Shown: positions 1 to 11,214, numbered from the stretch's first letter. The stretch is DNA of 64,000 nucleotides from Gammaproteobacteria bacterium (GCA_963662545.2 CAXXLL010000003.1:2112001-2176000); one strand, 5' to 3'. Translations and numbers: made by a program. The notes: generated from the sequence alone by a model not told the origin.

Positions 1-1
1 T

Positions 2-295
2 CTCGATCCGACGACCAAGGCACTCGATTCGAGCGGCGAATACTTTTATTTCGCCCGAAAATCCGTCTGGCGTACTCAGGCGGGGGCGGTATCGCGCTAC
101 GTGACTAATGGCGGCGGCGGTTGGGGCGAGCCGAAGGCACGGGACCCGGAGCGCGTCATGGCAGATGTTCGCAACGGTTACGTAAGCCTTACGAAGGCGC
201 GCGAAATTTACGGCGTTGCGATCGAGGGCGATCCGGATCGGGATCCGGAAGGTCTAGTGTTGAATACGAAAGCCACGCAAAAGCTGAGGCAGTAA
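2..295 (+). CDS. Hydantoinase B/oxoprolinase family protein, C-terminal part (starts before window)
   Basis: TNGGGGWGEP...RDPERVMADVRNGYVS...AREIYGV is the typical hydantoinase B C-terminus. Confidence 0.8.
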   Translation, partial: LDPTTKALDSSGEYFYFARKSVWRTQAGAVSRYVTNGGGGWGEPKARDPERVMADVRNGYVSLTKAREIYGVAIEGDPDRDPEGLVLNTKATQKLRQ

Positions 296-617
296 TTGGC
301 GTCAGGCAGCAGCAATTGCAGCCGGACATTAACCTATCAATTGCCTTTCCTACCTTGGGCGGTGTCGCTCGCCGTTGAGCCATGACTTATTCAGAGGCTC
401 CTTAGGGCCTTGCGATACTGATGCCGGCCATTAAAAGCCATTTTCGGCGCTGAGAATCGCAGTCCCAACGAGTTGGGTGCGCAGCATCCGAGGACGCCGT
501 GCGCCGCTGATTACAGGGGTATGGATCAAAATCATGGACGCTCGATTACACGAAAAAGGGCGGTTATCCTTCTTCTATTCATGTGTAAAGCCTTCTTGCT
601 CATCGGGTGATCCCTGA

Positions 618-1928
618 ATGTTAGAAACGGCGTATTTCCTCACCGCTTTGATCTCGCTCGGTATGGCGTGGGCTTTCGTGCGCGCGGATCCGGATTCGAG
701 TACCAGCCGGGCTCTGGGAATCGCTCTTGCGATGACGGGCTTTGCCATCATCGGAAATAATCTGGTATTGGATATGGCTGTTGGCGGGCCCTTGCCAGGT
801 TGGGCCGGTGTACTTGTCGTCCCGGAAGTCATCGCGTTTTGTGCGGTGTTTGAATGGGTGCACCGCGTTCGCCGCACGATCCCGGCAGGCGAACTCAAGA
901 CCCTGTTTGGCGATAATTCGATTCGTATCGCGCAGGGCCTGGTCATTATTTATGGCATTGCTTCTTGTCGGTATCCCGATCTGCGCATGCGCGAGTTTTT
1001 CGGTGGTATACATAATCCGCTGGACTGGTCCGGACCTGTAATCGTGATGTTCGCTGTGCCTTTGAGTCTTGCGATGTTGTTATGGGCCGGTTCCATCCTC
1101 CTGTGTCTGAATCGGCGCCCGGATCCGGCCGAACGCGTGCGGCTGGTTGCATTCCTTCTCGCTTGTCCGTTGATAGTGGTGGGACTGGTACTACCAAGAT
1201 CGATATCACCCACGACGACAACCCTTGGTCTCATCGTGCTCCTGGGGGGGGCCATGCGCCATGCGCAATTGCACGGCCGTCGCGGTTTATTCATGAGCCG
1301 CTTTCTGTCGCCTCAGGTAGCATCGCTGGTGAATCGAGAAGGCCTACGCAAAGCGATGCAGGAAGACTGCCTTGAGCTCTCGGTCGTGTGTTGTGATTTG
1401 CGTGGGTTCACGGCGTTCGCCGGGGCGAATACCTCAGAGCAAGTGATTCAATTGTTGCGCGAATACTATGATGCGGTGGGCGCCGTCGTTCTTGAGGTCG
1501 AGGGTACGATCAAAGATTACGCGGGCGACGGGGTCTTGATCTTGATCGGAGCGCCGGTGCGTATGGACGATCATGCGCAACGCGCGGTGCGGTTGGCCGA
1601 TCGTATTCGAGAGGTCGTGACCGAGGTGACCATTAAATGGGGCCGCAAAGAATATCCGCTCGGTGTCGGCGTTGGCGTGGCGAGTGGTCCCGTTACCGTT
1701 GGCATCATTGGCGGTGAGGGCCGGCTGGAATACGCGGCAGTCGGTTTGGCGGTAAACCTTGCATCACGGCTTTGCGAGCAAGCAAAACCCGAAGAAGTTC
1801 TGGTCGATCGCAACACGTTCGAGGTGTTTGAAGATCAGGCCGGCGCAGGGTTTGAACCTCGCGATCCGTTGACACTAAAGGGCTTCCGGGATCCGGTGGC
1901 GACTTTCGCGCTGGGAGGGATCTCATGA
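618..1928 (+). CDS. Membrane-bound class III adenylate/guanylate cyclase
   Basis: N-terminal TM helices; CDLRGFT, GDG, GVGVASG, VNLASRLC, LKGF motifs. Confidence 0.9.
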   Translation: MLETAYFLTALISLGMAWAFVRADPDSSTSRALGIALAMTGFAIIGNNLVLDMAVGGPLPGWAGVLVVPEVIAFCAVFEWVHRVRRTIPAGELKTLFGDNSIRIAQGLVIIYGIASCRYPDLRMREFFGGIHNPLDWSGPVIVMFAVPLSLAMLLWAGSILLCLNRRPDPAERVRLVAFLLACPLIVVGLVLPRSISPTTTTLGLIVLLGGAMRHAQLHGRRGLFMSRFLSPQVASLVNREGLRKAMQEDCLELSVVCCDLRGFTAFAGANTSEQVIQLLREYYDAVGAVVLEVEGTIKDYAGDGVLILIGAPVRMDDHAQRAVRLADRIREVVTEVTIKWGRKEYPLGVGVGVASGPVTVGIIGGEGRLEYAAVGLAVNLASRLCEQAKPEEVLVDRNTFEVFEDQAGAGFEPRDPLTLKGFRDPVATFALGGIS

Positions 1929-2068
1929 CGAAGCAGAAGCGATACAAACGATCTAGAAGGATGCATGAATCCAGTTCGACCGTGCGGGGGGGGATTGTCC
2001 TCGATAGTGTCGAGGTGAAGCGTGTAACTGGAAATTGATTCCTCGATTCGATCGCCGGGTGTTGACGC

Positions 2069-3058
2069 ATGCAATATTTGAACGAATGCCCGCTTTGTTC
2101 GAACCCCGAGCTCGAGCTGGTTCATCGTCCCAACAACTTGCAAAATCCCGAGGCCCGAGGAGAGGTGCCGGCGGAGTGGGGCAGAAGCGATTACTCTTTT
2201 TGCAGCCGCTGCGGTCTGATCTCGGCCCGGCAACGTCAGGATCCCGGCTCGGTTGCTGATTTCTACGATGAGTTCAAGAGACTCGAGCGCCGCCACTACG
2301 TCACTTATCCGCTGCCAGAGAAGTACATCGAGAATCAGACTGTGCTGGCGAACGGACTCTTTGAGGCCTCCGCCGCGCGCACGAAACATCTCGAAGAACC
2401 TGTCGTCCTCAACCTCAGGTCCGAGTGCGGCATCGTGCTCGAGCGCTTCAGGCGTGGCCTGGCAACTGAGCAGGTCTACGCGCTGGATCACTTCGAAACG
2501 AACTGCCGCTACGCCACTGAGGATCTGCATCTTCCTCACGTTGCCGTGCTTATGCCCGGGACTCCGAACATACCCGAGTCGTGGCCGCCGCGCTACGATC
2601 TCGTCCTCGCGAACCACATGTTGACGCACGCTCTCGATCTCCGTCGCTGCATGGAGATCTTGAAGGCGCTGCTGAAGCCCGGGGGCATGCTCCTCTGCTA
2701 CAACGAAATCGACCACGCGAAGATGCTTCTACGCCACGGAGTTTACAAACGCGGCCTCAACAGCTTCCACACCCAACTCTTCTCCCCTAAGAGCTTCGAG
2801 AACCTGTTTCGGGTGTGTGGACTTGAGCTCGTTCACCTGCGATCAATACCGGGAATTCAATGGGCGGTGCCCTATCACAGTATGATCGTCATCGCCACAG
2901 CTGGCGCTCCGCCGTCTGGGCTTATCGGTGATCATGAAAGTTACCGTGACACGTTCAAGGACTGGGAGCGGAGACGCGAGTCTTCAAGGCGGTCGATCGT
3001 TTCGCGCGCGAAACGCGGGTTGAAGTCGCTATTACAGCGGGCTACTCCGTCTTCGTGA
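2069..3058 (+). CDS. Class I SAM-dependent methyltransferase-like protein with N-terminal Zn-binding motif
   Basis: CPLC...CSRCG; YDLVLANHMLTH...LLKPGG; the glycine-rich motif I is degenerate. Confidence 0.65.
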   Translation: MQYLNECPLCSNPELELVHRPNNLQNPEARGEVPAEWGRSDYSFCSRCGLISARQRQDPGSVADFYDEFKRLERRHYVTYPLPEKYIENQTVLANGLFEASAARTKHLEEPVVLNLRSECGIVLERFRRGLATEQVYALDHFETNCRYATEDLHLPHVAVLMPGTPNIPESWPPRYDLVLANHMLTHALDLRRCMEILKALLKPGGMLLCYNEIDHAKMLLRHGVYKRGLNSFHTQLFSPKSFENLFRVCGLELVHLRSIPGIQWAVPYHSMIVIATAGAPPSGLIGDHESYRDTFKDWERRRESSRRSIVSRAKRGLKSLLQRATPSS

Positions 3059-3153
3059 CGCCAGCTAAGGCACGCGAAGGCGGACACGGCCTCGACGCGG
3101 TTCCGACGATACGGGCACGGTTTACTTAACGACACTCGAACCATGAGATTGCG

Positions 3154-4333
3154 ATGAACAGCGCGACCACCCAAGCATGTATTGTTGGCGTCGGCGAAAC
3201 GGCCTACACCCGTTGGGGCCAGATGAGCGATCGGGGCGAATGGCAATTGGCCTGCGAAGCTGTTATCAACGCCGTGACGGACGCCGGTCTCGATATTGAC
3301 CAGATCGATGGGCTGGCGTCCTTCTCGAACGATACAAGTCTGCCGTGGCTGATGCAGCAGGCACTCGGACTCCCGCGGCTCGGTTTTACCTCCATGGTCT
3401 GGGGTGGCGGTGGTACGGGCACTTGCGGTGCTATCGCCCATGCTGCCGCCGCGGTCGAATCCGGCCAGGGCCACCTATGTCGCTGTTTTACGCTCTCTGT
3501 GCCAGCTTGAAGGCCATCGCTATGGCCAGTATGGGGGCTTTAGTGATCTACCCCATCTCAGTTTCATGGTGCCGTTTGGAATGTTTTCGCCGCCGATCAT
3601 GATCGCGCCGCTGGTACAACGCTATGTTCACGAATTCGGAGCGCAGCCGGAGCACTTTGGTGAGGTCGCCCTCGTCTGCCGGGAGAATGCCCGCCGCAAC
3701 CCCCGTGCGGTAATGGGCGATCGCGCGCTGACCATGCATGATTACTTGAACTCTAGGATGATTTCAGAGCCGCTTCGTTTGTACGACTGCTGCCAGGAGA
3801 ATGACGGCGCGTGTGCGTTGATCGTAACGACGCTGGAACGTGCGCGCGACCTGCGCCAAAAACCGGTCCTGATCCTGGCTGCGGCTCAAGGTGGTTCAGC
3901 CGGCTGGGGCGATGGCGCCTTGGGGTCGCACAATATGCCAATTGAAGAGTATGGATTAGGTAATGGTGCAAGCTTGGCGAAGGAGTTGTATCAACGGGCC
4001 GGTGTATCACCTAAGGATGTCGATGTAGTGCAGGTCTATGACCACTTCACGGGTTGTGTGCTCATGACATTGGAGAACTTCGGCTTCTGTGGGCGAGGAG
4101 AAGCCGGGCCTTTTGTTGCTGACGGCAATATTCGCTGGCCAAACGGAAGCCTGCCGCTCAACACCTCGGGTGGCCATCTTTCCGAAGCTTACATTCACGG
4201 CCTCAATCTCGCGGTAGAGGGGGTACGGCAACTACGCGGAGAATCAAGCTCGCAGGTAGACAAAGCCGAAGTCTGTTTGGTGACGGCCGGGCTCACGGCC
4301 TCGCCCGTGAGCGCGGCCTTGCTGGGAGTGTAA
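3154..4333 (+). pseudogene. Thiolase-like (SCP-x/lipid-transfer type) protein, frameshifted at ~3468-3470
   Basis: IVGVGET...AAAAVESGQ continues as ATYVAV...DCCQENDGA...NTSGGHLSEAY in another frame; one extra G in CAGGGCC (may be a sequencing error). Confidence 0.8.
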
Positions 4334-4335
4334 GC

Positions 4336-4758
4336 TTGGCCTACCTATCGAAGGACACCCCGGGCCCAACTCCAAATTTGGCCGACCAGGTATTCTGGGA
4401 CTACTGTCAGCAGCGCGAATTACGTTTTCAGCGCTGCCCTGCTTGCCGTCGTTTTCGGCATCCGCCTACACCCGTCTGTCCTTCCTGCCGATCGTTCGAA
4501 ATAGAGTGGGTGCAGGCCACGGATATCGGAGTCGTATTCAGTTTCACCATCGTTCATTACGCGGCCCACGCGTCTATCAAATCAGTCGTGCCCTACAATG
4601 TGGCCATCATAGATTTCCCGGAGTGTGGCCATGCACGCCTCGTCAGTAACGTGATTGACGTGGGCCCGACGGAAATGCACATCGGCATGCAGGTCTCGCT
4701 CGTATGGGAAATGGCCGGAAATGACATGCTGGTGCCACGGTTTCGTAAAAAGATCTGA
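4336..4758 (+). CDS. DUF35 Zn-ribbon/OB-fold protein (thiolase partner)
   Basis: QRCPAC...HPP..CPSC; VFSFTIVH; IGMQV; directly follows the thiolase. Confidence 0.9.
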   Translation: MAYLSKDTPGPTPNLADQVFWDYCQQRELRFQRCPACRRFRHPPTPVCPSCRSFEIEWVQATDIGVVFSFTIVHYAAHASIKSVVPYNVAIIDFPECGHARLVSNVIDVGPTEMHIGMQVSLVWEMAGNDMLVPRFRKKI

Positions 4759-4807
4759 GAGTCGAAAGAGCAATTGTTCGGAATACCTTTCCAGGAGTCC
4801 AACCGAC

Positions 4808-5146
4808 ATGTCGTCAATCGTCAAAACGCCCGAGCCGCCGTATTACGCCGTGATATTCACCGTAACGCATACCGATGACATTAAAGGCTACCTGGAGAAG
4901 GCCGAAGAGATGGCTGCACTCGCATCGACGATGCCGGGCTTCATCGGCGTCGAAGCGGCCGAAATGGAATCCGGCGGCGAAGTCTCGGTGACCTACTGGC
5001 GGGACGAAGAATCGATCCGTCATTGGAAAGCGAACGCCGATCATCTCGTCGCCCAGAAACTGGGGCGGGAGCGTTGGTTCGAAAGCTACGCCATTCGCGT
5101 CGCGAAGGTCGAGCGCGCGTACGACTTTGCGCGGCAGAGCGAATAA
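4808..5146 (+). CDS. Antibiotic biosynthesis monooxygenase (ABM) family protein
   Basis: TPEPPYYAVIFT...PGFIG...YWRDEESI..WK...H..AQ.LGRERW. Confidence 0.85.
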   Translation: MSSIVKTPEPPYYAVIFTVTHTDDIKGYLEKAEEMAALASTMPGFIGVEAAEMESGGEVSVTYWRDEESIRHWKANADHLVAQKLGRERWFESYAIRVAKVERAYDFARQSE

Positions 5147-5296
5147 TTCTCTCGCCGATACTTCGACCACGATAAACGATGCGAAAAGGCAAGCACCGGT
5201 TCCAGGCGACAGACTTTAGTAATGTGGACAGACGGCGGTTTGTATGCCCGTAGAGCGGCTTAGGGAGCGTAAGCCGTTATTCGCCCAATATTCAAT

Positions 5297-5644
5297 GTGA
5301 GGCGTGAACACTCGGTCCCAGGCGTTATCCGATGGAATGCCTGTCAACGAATAGAAGTTCAGGCTAGCCGATCCATCACAGAGTACATTGTCACGTTCCA
5401 AAAGACGCCAGAGAGCATAAGTCACCGCCAGTACTGCACTAAATGCGGTGGGCATTTGATGATCAGTCATCCAACTTTCGGGCTGTTTGATGTGTATGCA
5501 GCAACTTTGCCAACACTGAAGTTTATTCCCAGTTTTCACGTCAACTATTCAGAGTCGGTGCTAGCCATAAAGGACGGACTCCCAAAGTTCCGCGATTTCC
5601 CGAGCGAGCTCGGCGGATCGGGGGAACACGTACCGGAGCTCTAG
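5297..5644 (+). pseudogene. GFA/CENP-V family protein, N-terminus missing
   Basis: RQYCTKCGGHL...HVNY.E.VL..KDGLPK..DFP.ELGGSG; the N-terminal CxC and CHC motifs are absent. Confidence 0.7.
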
Positions 5645-5773
5645 GCGCGAGCTACGCTGCCCCAGCGACGCCTTGCGGGCTTAGTTCGTAGCAAGCGTTC
5701 GCCTGGGGTCGGCAGCTGTGAGCCCGAATGCGGGCCTGTTTCGGTTGGAGTAATTTGGATGCGGAGAGGTGGC

Positions 5774-6526
5774 GTGAACAAGGTAGATAGCGAAAGGATC
5801 GATGACTGCGTTCGGATCCGCTTGTCGTCCGGCGATACTAATGTGCTGACCACAGATGTCATAAGGGACCTGTCAGCGGCGCTGGAAGATGCCGAGCATA
5901 GTGCCCAAGGTGTGATGCTTTGTGGTGGCGAAAAGTTCTTCTCAAACGGCGTCGATCTTGAATGGGCCCTGTCACAGTCGAGTGCGGAGATGCGCACAAT
6001 GTTTCTCGAACTGGGTCACTGCATCCTAAAGGTCATGGAATCTCCGTTGCCTGTCGTCGGGGTCATTAAAGGGCATGCAATTGGCGGGGCGCTGGCGCTT
6101 CTTCTCGCCTGTGACTATCGCTACGGAGCAACAGGGCGGGTGCTGCTCGGTAAACCCGAAATTCTGCTCGGTGTCCCAAACCCCTACTTTGGCGATCAAT
6201 TGTTACGCTTTATAGCAGGGGATTTTATTGCCTCAGACTTGATTTACAGCGGAAAGCTGGTTTCAGCCGACGAAGCCACCGCACTCAACATGATTCACGG
6301 CGTTGAGACGAAAGAGAAAATTGAAGATGTTGCTTGGAAGCAGCTGATGTTCCTGATCGGTCTCGCCCCGGAAGCATTCGCTGAGTCGAAACGCATGCGA
6401 ACCGGACGCTTTTGCTCCGATGTCAGAGCACAAATGTCGGCCCGTGTAGCGCGCCAAGTCGAGATCTGGAGCAGCGCAGACGCCCAGGCACGGTTACACG
6501 ACGCGGCGAAGCGGCTTTCTCGCTAA
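5774..6526 (+). CDS. Enoyl-CoA hydratase/isomerase family protein
   Basis: KFFSNGVDL, GHAIGG..L.LACDYR, PEILLG. Confidence 0.9.
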   Translation: MNKVDSERIDDCVRIRLSSGDTNVLTTDVIRDLSAALEDAEHSAQGVMLCGGEKFFSNGVDLEWALSQSSAEMRTMFLELGHCILKVMESPLPVVGVIKGHAIGGALALLLACDYRYGATGRVLLGKPEILLGVPNPYFGDQLLRFIAGDFIASDLIYSGKLVSADEATALNMIHGVETKEKIEDVAWKQLMFLIGLAPEAFAESKRMRTGRFCSDVRAQMSARVARQVEIWSSADAQARLHDAAKRLSR

Positions 6527-6643
6527 CCGAATAATATTCTGGGGTCGGAGGCACCTCAGGGCGAGCCTGCCAGGAATTTTGTGTTTATGAGCCGGTTCAT
6601 CGATCGGTTACCACGAAGTGTCTGAGTAAATTCCGCGATGCGT

Positions 6644-7951
6644 CTACCCCTCTTCAACCACGGGTACTGTTGTTACATTCACCTGACCTGCGTCACGATC
6701 GTTGAAGACACTTAAGTCCATCGAACCTTCGCTCTTAGCGATAATGCAGGTCACGGCACAGTCGCCGGTGACGTTGCAGGCGGTGCGCATCATGTCCAAC
6801 AGCCGATCCACACCGATGATCAACGCGATCCCCTCGACCGGCAAGCCGACTTGATTGAGCACCATGGTCAACATGACGAGCCCCACACCTGGCACAGCGG
6901 CCGTACCGATCGAGGCGAGGGTGGCGGTCAGGACCACCATAAGATAGTCCGCAACGCCTAAGTCGACGCCGTATACATTCGCAATGAAGACTGTCGCCAC
7001 GCCCTGCATGATGGCCGTGCCGTCCATATTGATGGTGGCCCCGAGCGGCACGGTGAACGACGACACCGTGTCTTTGACCCCCATTTTCACTTCCGTCGTG
7101 CGCAGTGTTATCGGAATCGTCGCCCCAGAGCTTGCAGTTGAGAACGCGAACGTCGCTGGGTCACGCATCTTGCGCAGGAAGGTCAACGGATTGAGGTTCA
7201 CCAGGCCCTTCAGCAACGTCGGGTAGACGCAGAACGCGTGTACACCGAGGGCCAAGGTCAAGGTTAGAAAATAGCCGATGAGGGGCCCGATGAGATCGAT
7301 GCCCTGGGTCGCAAAGGTCCGGGTGATCAACGCAAACACGCCGTATGGCGCGAGACCCATGATGATCTCGACCATTTTCATGATGATCACGTCCAGATCC
7401 TTGAAGACGTCGAGCACGTGCTTACCGCGCTCTCCGGACAAGGTGATGGCGATGCCAAACAACAGCGCGAAGACGATGATCTGCAGCATGTTGGCCGAGG
7501 CCATCGCCTCGATCGGATTTGACGGCACCATATCTATGAATACTTCAGCGAGCGGCGGCGCCTCCTTGCCCTTGAACGCCACCTCTTGAACGCCGGCATC
7601 CAGGCCCGCGCCCGGCGCGAACGAAATCGCCAATGTCAATGCAATGGTGATCGCGATGGCCGTGGTCAGCAAATAAAGCGTAATGGCCTTGACGCTCATG
7701 CGTCCCAACGCGGCTAGATTGCCCAACGACGTGACCCCGCCGACCAGTGACACGAACACCAAGGGCACCACGAGCATCTTCAGCGATGCGATGAAGATGG
7801 ATCCCACGACGTAGAGCAACCCATCGATCACGTAATCCCTGATAATGCCGGTGTCACCGACGAACAGATTGATCAATACGCCCAACACGGCGCCTACCGC
7901 CATGCCGATTATGATTTTTTTGGTCAGACTGGTCGTTTTAGGTTCTGCCAA
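6644..7951 (-). CDS. Dicarboxylate/amino acid:cation symporter (DAACS)
   Basis: AFSTASSGATIP, PLGATINMDGT, GVDRLLDMMRT. Confidence 0.95.
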   Translation of the reverse strand: MAEPKTTSLTKKIIIGMAVGAVLGVLINLFVGDTGIIRDYVIDGLLYVVGSIFIASLKMLVVPLVFVSLVGGVTSLGNLAALGRMSVKAITLYLLTTAIAITIALTLAISFAPGAGLDAGVQEVAFKGKEAPPLAEVFIDMVPSNPIEAMASANMLQIIVFALLFGIAITLSGERGKHVLDVFKDLDVIIMKMVEIIMGLAPYGVFALITRTFATQGIDLIGPLIGYFLTLTLALGVHAFCVYPTLLKGLVNLNPLTFLRKMRDPATFAFSTASSGATIPITLRTTEVKMGVKDTVSSFTVPLGATINMDGTAIMQGVATVFIANVYGVDLGVADYLMVVLTATLASIGTAAVPGVGLVMLTMVLNQVGLPVEGIALIIGVDRLLDMMRTACNVTGDCAVTCIIAKSEGSMDLSVFNDRDAGQVNVTTVPVVEEG

Positions 7952-8131
7952 TGGGGTACTCCTGCCGCGCTGTGACGCATCGCCGCTCGAAATCCGAATT
8001 CGGCGACACTAACGAAGCGTCGAGGCCGCTGCAAGCATAATCCGGCCCCGTATCGACGGGAGGCGGGCAATGTCGATATCATTACGAATGGCTCGAATGC
8101 GAGTCGTATTTCTCATTGACGGGTACCAACC

Positions 8132-8683
8132 ATGCAACGATTCGGCTCTGTAATCGTAAGTTCGTTAACGATGTGGTTTCTGCGTGCCGCTGCGATGGCG
8201 CTATTGGCGTCTCAAACGTTCGCCGCGGACTTGCAAATCGGTGATGCTGCGCCGGACTTTAATATGCAAGGATCGGACGATAAGGTGCACAAGCTATCCG
8301 ACTATCGCGGGCAGACAGTCGTCCTCGCCTGGTTTCCGAAAGCGTTCACCGAGGGCTGAACCCTCGAGTGTAAATCGCTCCGTGAGAGTGGTGCCGAAAT
8401 AAAATCCTTCGAGGTCGCTTATTTCATGGCGAGCACGGACGATGCGAATATCAATCGGAAGTTTGCCGAGGCGAACGAGGCCGATTTTCCGGTGCTGAGT
8501 GATCCCGACAGGCATGTGGCGGAGGCGTTTGGCGTTCTATCGGACGTCGGTTATGCCTCACGCTGGACCTATTACATCGACCGCGACGGCAAGATCGCGT
8601 ATGTCGACAAGCGCGTGAAAGCGTTGACTGCCGGGCAGGATATCGCCAAACGATTGGAAACATTGGGTGTGCCTAAAAAATAG
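8132..8683 (+). CDS. Selenocysteine-containing peroxiredoxin (AhpC/TSA, BCP-like) with signal peptide; Sec at TGA 8357-8359
   Basis: ORFs 8132-8359 and 8426-8683 share a frame; WFPKAFTEG-U-TLEC puts TGA at the peroxidatic Cys of PxxxTxxC; SECIS-like hairpin follows. Confidence 0.88.
8374..8392 (+). promoter_or_regulatory. Bacterial SECIS-like hairpin
   Basis: AUCGCUC-[CGUGA]-GAGUGGU, a 7-bp stem with two G-U pairs; loop begins 21 nt after the UGA with G at loop position 2 followed by U. Confidence 0.7.
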
Positions 8684-8695
8684 TGGAGAACCACG

Positions 8696-9118
8696 ATGTC
8701 GAAAAATGACAAAACCGTAACGATGGTCAAAGATGCTATTCACAACCCTGCCGATGCGCGCCATTTCATGCGCCTAGGTCGCCCCGAATACACCATCTCG
8801 GCGACCGTCAACGGCACCGAACTCGCGCGCTCGTCGCGAGCGCTCAAGCTCAAAGAGGTGGGATACGACATCTACGACCCGGTCATCTATTTTCCGCGCG
8901 ACGACGTGCAGATGGATCGTTTACAGAAAAATGAAAAATCCACACACTGTCCGCTCAAAGGCGATACTGAATATTTCGACGCGGTCACGGATAAAGGCAC
9001 GGTCGATAACGCGGCCTGGTCCTACGATCGCGCCATCGAGATCGCCAAAGAAATTGAGAATTACATCGGCTTCGACGTGCGTTACACGCAGATCGTCGAA
9101 CATACCGTGCAGAGTTAA
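8696..9118 (+). CDS. DUF427 domain protein
   Basis: PVIYFPRDDV, THCPLKGD.EYF, NAAWSY. Confidence 0.9.
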   Translation: MSKNDKTVTMVKDAIHNPADARHFMRLGRPEYTISATVNGTELARSSRALKLKEVGYDIYDPVIYFPRDDVQMDRLQKNEKSTHCPLKGDTEYFDAVTDKGTVDNAAWSYDRAIEIAKEIENYIGFDVRYTQIVEHTVQS

Positions 9119-9128
9119 TGGCGAGCTA

Positions 9129-10080
9129 TCAATGCGCTAGATGACGTTTGTCCACCAGTTGCTCGTCGCCGGTCGGGGCCGCGGTCATGCGCCGCGTGAC
9201 GATCACGAACCGCCCGAAAAGTAGGCCGGCCGCCGTCCACAGTGCGCAGGTCAATCCGATCCAGATCCCGCGCTCTCCAAATTCGAAATAGATCCCGAGA
9301 CCATAGGCGAGCGTAAACCCCACGCCCCAGTAATTGATCGCGTTCAGGATCATCGGCACCTGTGTATCCTTGAGTCCGCGCAGGGCGAACGCGGCCGCAA
9401 CCTGAGTGGCGTCGCCGATCTGTAGCACTGCGGCGACCTTAAACAACATGATCGCTAGCGCGACGATTTGTGGGTCACTGACATAAGCGCGGGTGATGGT
9501 CTCGGCGAAGACGAACGTGGTGACGCCGAAAAAAAGCGAAATCGACGTACACAGTGCAATGCCTGTGAAACCAATGCGGATCGCGCCGGAAACGTCCTGC
9601 CGGCCGACCGCCTGCCCGACAACGACTGTGATGGCCATGCCCAACCCGAGCGGAATCATGAATACCAATCCCGAATAGTTGAGCACGACTTGATGGGCGG
9701 CGAGCGCGGTGGTGCCGAGCGTGCCCATCAACAGCGCCACGACCGTGAATAATCCGGATTGCATGGAAAGCGATAAACCGATCGGGAGACCGAGGACGAC
9801 CAGCCGCCTCAGCGCAACCGGATCCGGCGGTTCAAGGCCACGCCAGATGTCGAACCGCCGATAATGCGGTGAACGCGAGGTATACAGCGCCAGCATGATG
9901 AACATCAGCCAGAAACTGATGCCGTTGCCGAGTCCGCAGCCGACCGCCCCTAGCGGTTCCGCACCGAAGCGGCCGTACATAAAGGAATAATTCATGAGGA
10001 TATTGATCGGCAAAGCAACACCCATAACGGCCATGATAGGTACCGTGCGACCGACCCCTTCGCTCATCTGTTTAAGCGTG
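9129..10080 (-). pseudogene. MATE (NorM-like) efflux transporter, 5'-truncated
   Basis: LGLPIG, ALAAHQV, LRGLKDT motifs; about 320 aa remain of a typical ~450; abuts an IS1182 fragment. Confidence 0.85.
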
Positions 10081-10290
10081 TGCTCCAACCCCGAGTAGGG
10101 CCACCGCCCGTTTCATGTTGTACGCCAGCACGTGCAAACTCATTTCCGTATCCACGTTCTTCAGCGTCTTCATCTGGAAGTGTGTCGAGCCCATCCAGGA
10201 TTTCAGCTTGCCGAAGGGATGTTCGACGGTCTGTCGTCGAACGCGCATGCGCTCAGGCTCTTTATCCAACCTGAGCCGTCGAGCCCCCAG
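10072..10290 (-). mobile_element. IS1182-family transposase C-terminal remnant
   Basis: RRQTVEHPFG.LKSWMG.THF.MKTL..V.TEMSLHVLAYNMKR. Confidence 0.8.
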
Positions 10291-10731
10291 CCATTCGGTT
10301 GCCGCCCTACCGGGCGCCGCCCCAGTGGGGCTGTTCGACTGAGCCGGATGACCCAACGATGACGACTCGGGGCTGCGACACCAGCGGCGCGGCCACGGTG
10401 GCGGCTGGCCTGTGGGCCGGCGCCACGGCGAACCGTGCACAGGCGAACCCGTGGCCGGGGTAGATTCGGGCGCCGGAATACCGGTTTGAGGGCGTTCGCG
10501 GGTCAGACCGGCCACCGACAAACGTGACGACGGGATGCTGCTGGACGAAAAGCCTGTTTATACTGCTTATAAGCAGGTGTTATTTGACTCGACGCGGTAC
10601 CAAAAACGTTAGTAGGCACTAACATTATTCGCCTATACGCATTGCAGCCGCTCGGCATTGACGGGCGGCGTGAGCGGCCCCCGCGGCGCAACGAAAACAG
10701 CACGAAACGACACAGGACCCCCGCGCATTCC

Positions 10732-11214
10732 ATGGACATACAAGGTGAATACCACATAGCGGCGCCACCCGCCGAGGTCTGGCAACGGCTCATCGACCCC
10801 GACGTGCTGTCGGCCTGCATACCCGGATGCGAGTCGATGACGAGGGCGTCGGAGGATGCCTATGACTGCGTCGTCACGGCGAAGTACGGCCCCGTCAAGG
10901 CGAAATTCAAGACCACCCTGACCTTGTCGAACATCAACGCGCCCGTGTCCTACACTTTGAGCGGGCGCGGCCAGGGCGGCGCGGCAGGGTTCGGAGAAGG
11001 CGTTGCCGACGTCATGCTCGAGGAAACCGGGGACGGAACGGTGTTGCGCTACACCGCCAAGTTCAATGCGGGCGGGCGCATCGCGCAGGTCGGATCGCGT
11101 CTGATCGTGGCGGTAACGCGCAAGCTCGCCGACAAGTTTTTCGCGGCCTTTTCATCGGGCTTCGATGCCGCGGCGGACGACGCGTCCGCGTTCATGACTT
11201 CCACGGTGTTCTGA
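10732..11214 (+). CDS. coxG: CoxG/SRPBCC protein; C-terminus altered by island integration
   Basis: PDVLSACIPGC...GQGGAAGF...GGRIAQVGSRL. Confidence 0.9.
   Translation: MDIQGEYHIAAPPAEVWQRLIDPDVLSACIPGCESMTRASEDAYDCVVTAKYGPVKAKFKTTLTLSNINAPVSYTLSGRGQGGAAGFGEGVADVMLEETGDGTVLRYTAKFNAGGRIAQVGSRLIVAVTRKLADKFFAAFSSGFDAAADDASAFMTSTVF
11173..11191 (+). repeat. attL of the integrative island
   Basis: GCGGACGACGCGTCCGCGT, 18/19 identical to 51727-51745. Confidence 0.85.

Noticed and set aside
3460-3475. Programmed frameshift in the thiolase
   Set aside because: No slippery heptamer; a single extra G in a short run fits a mutation or sequencing error.
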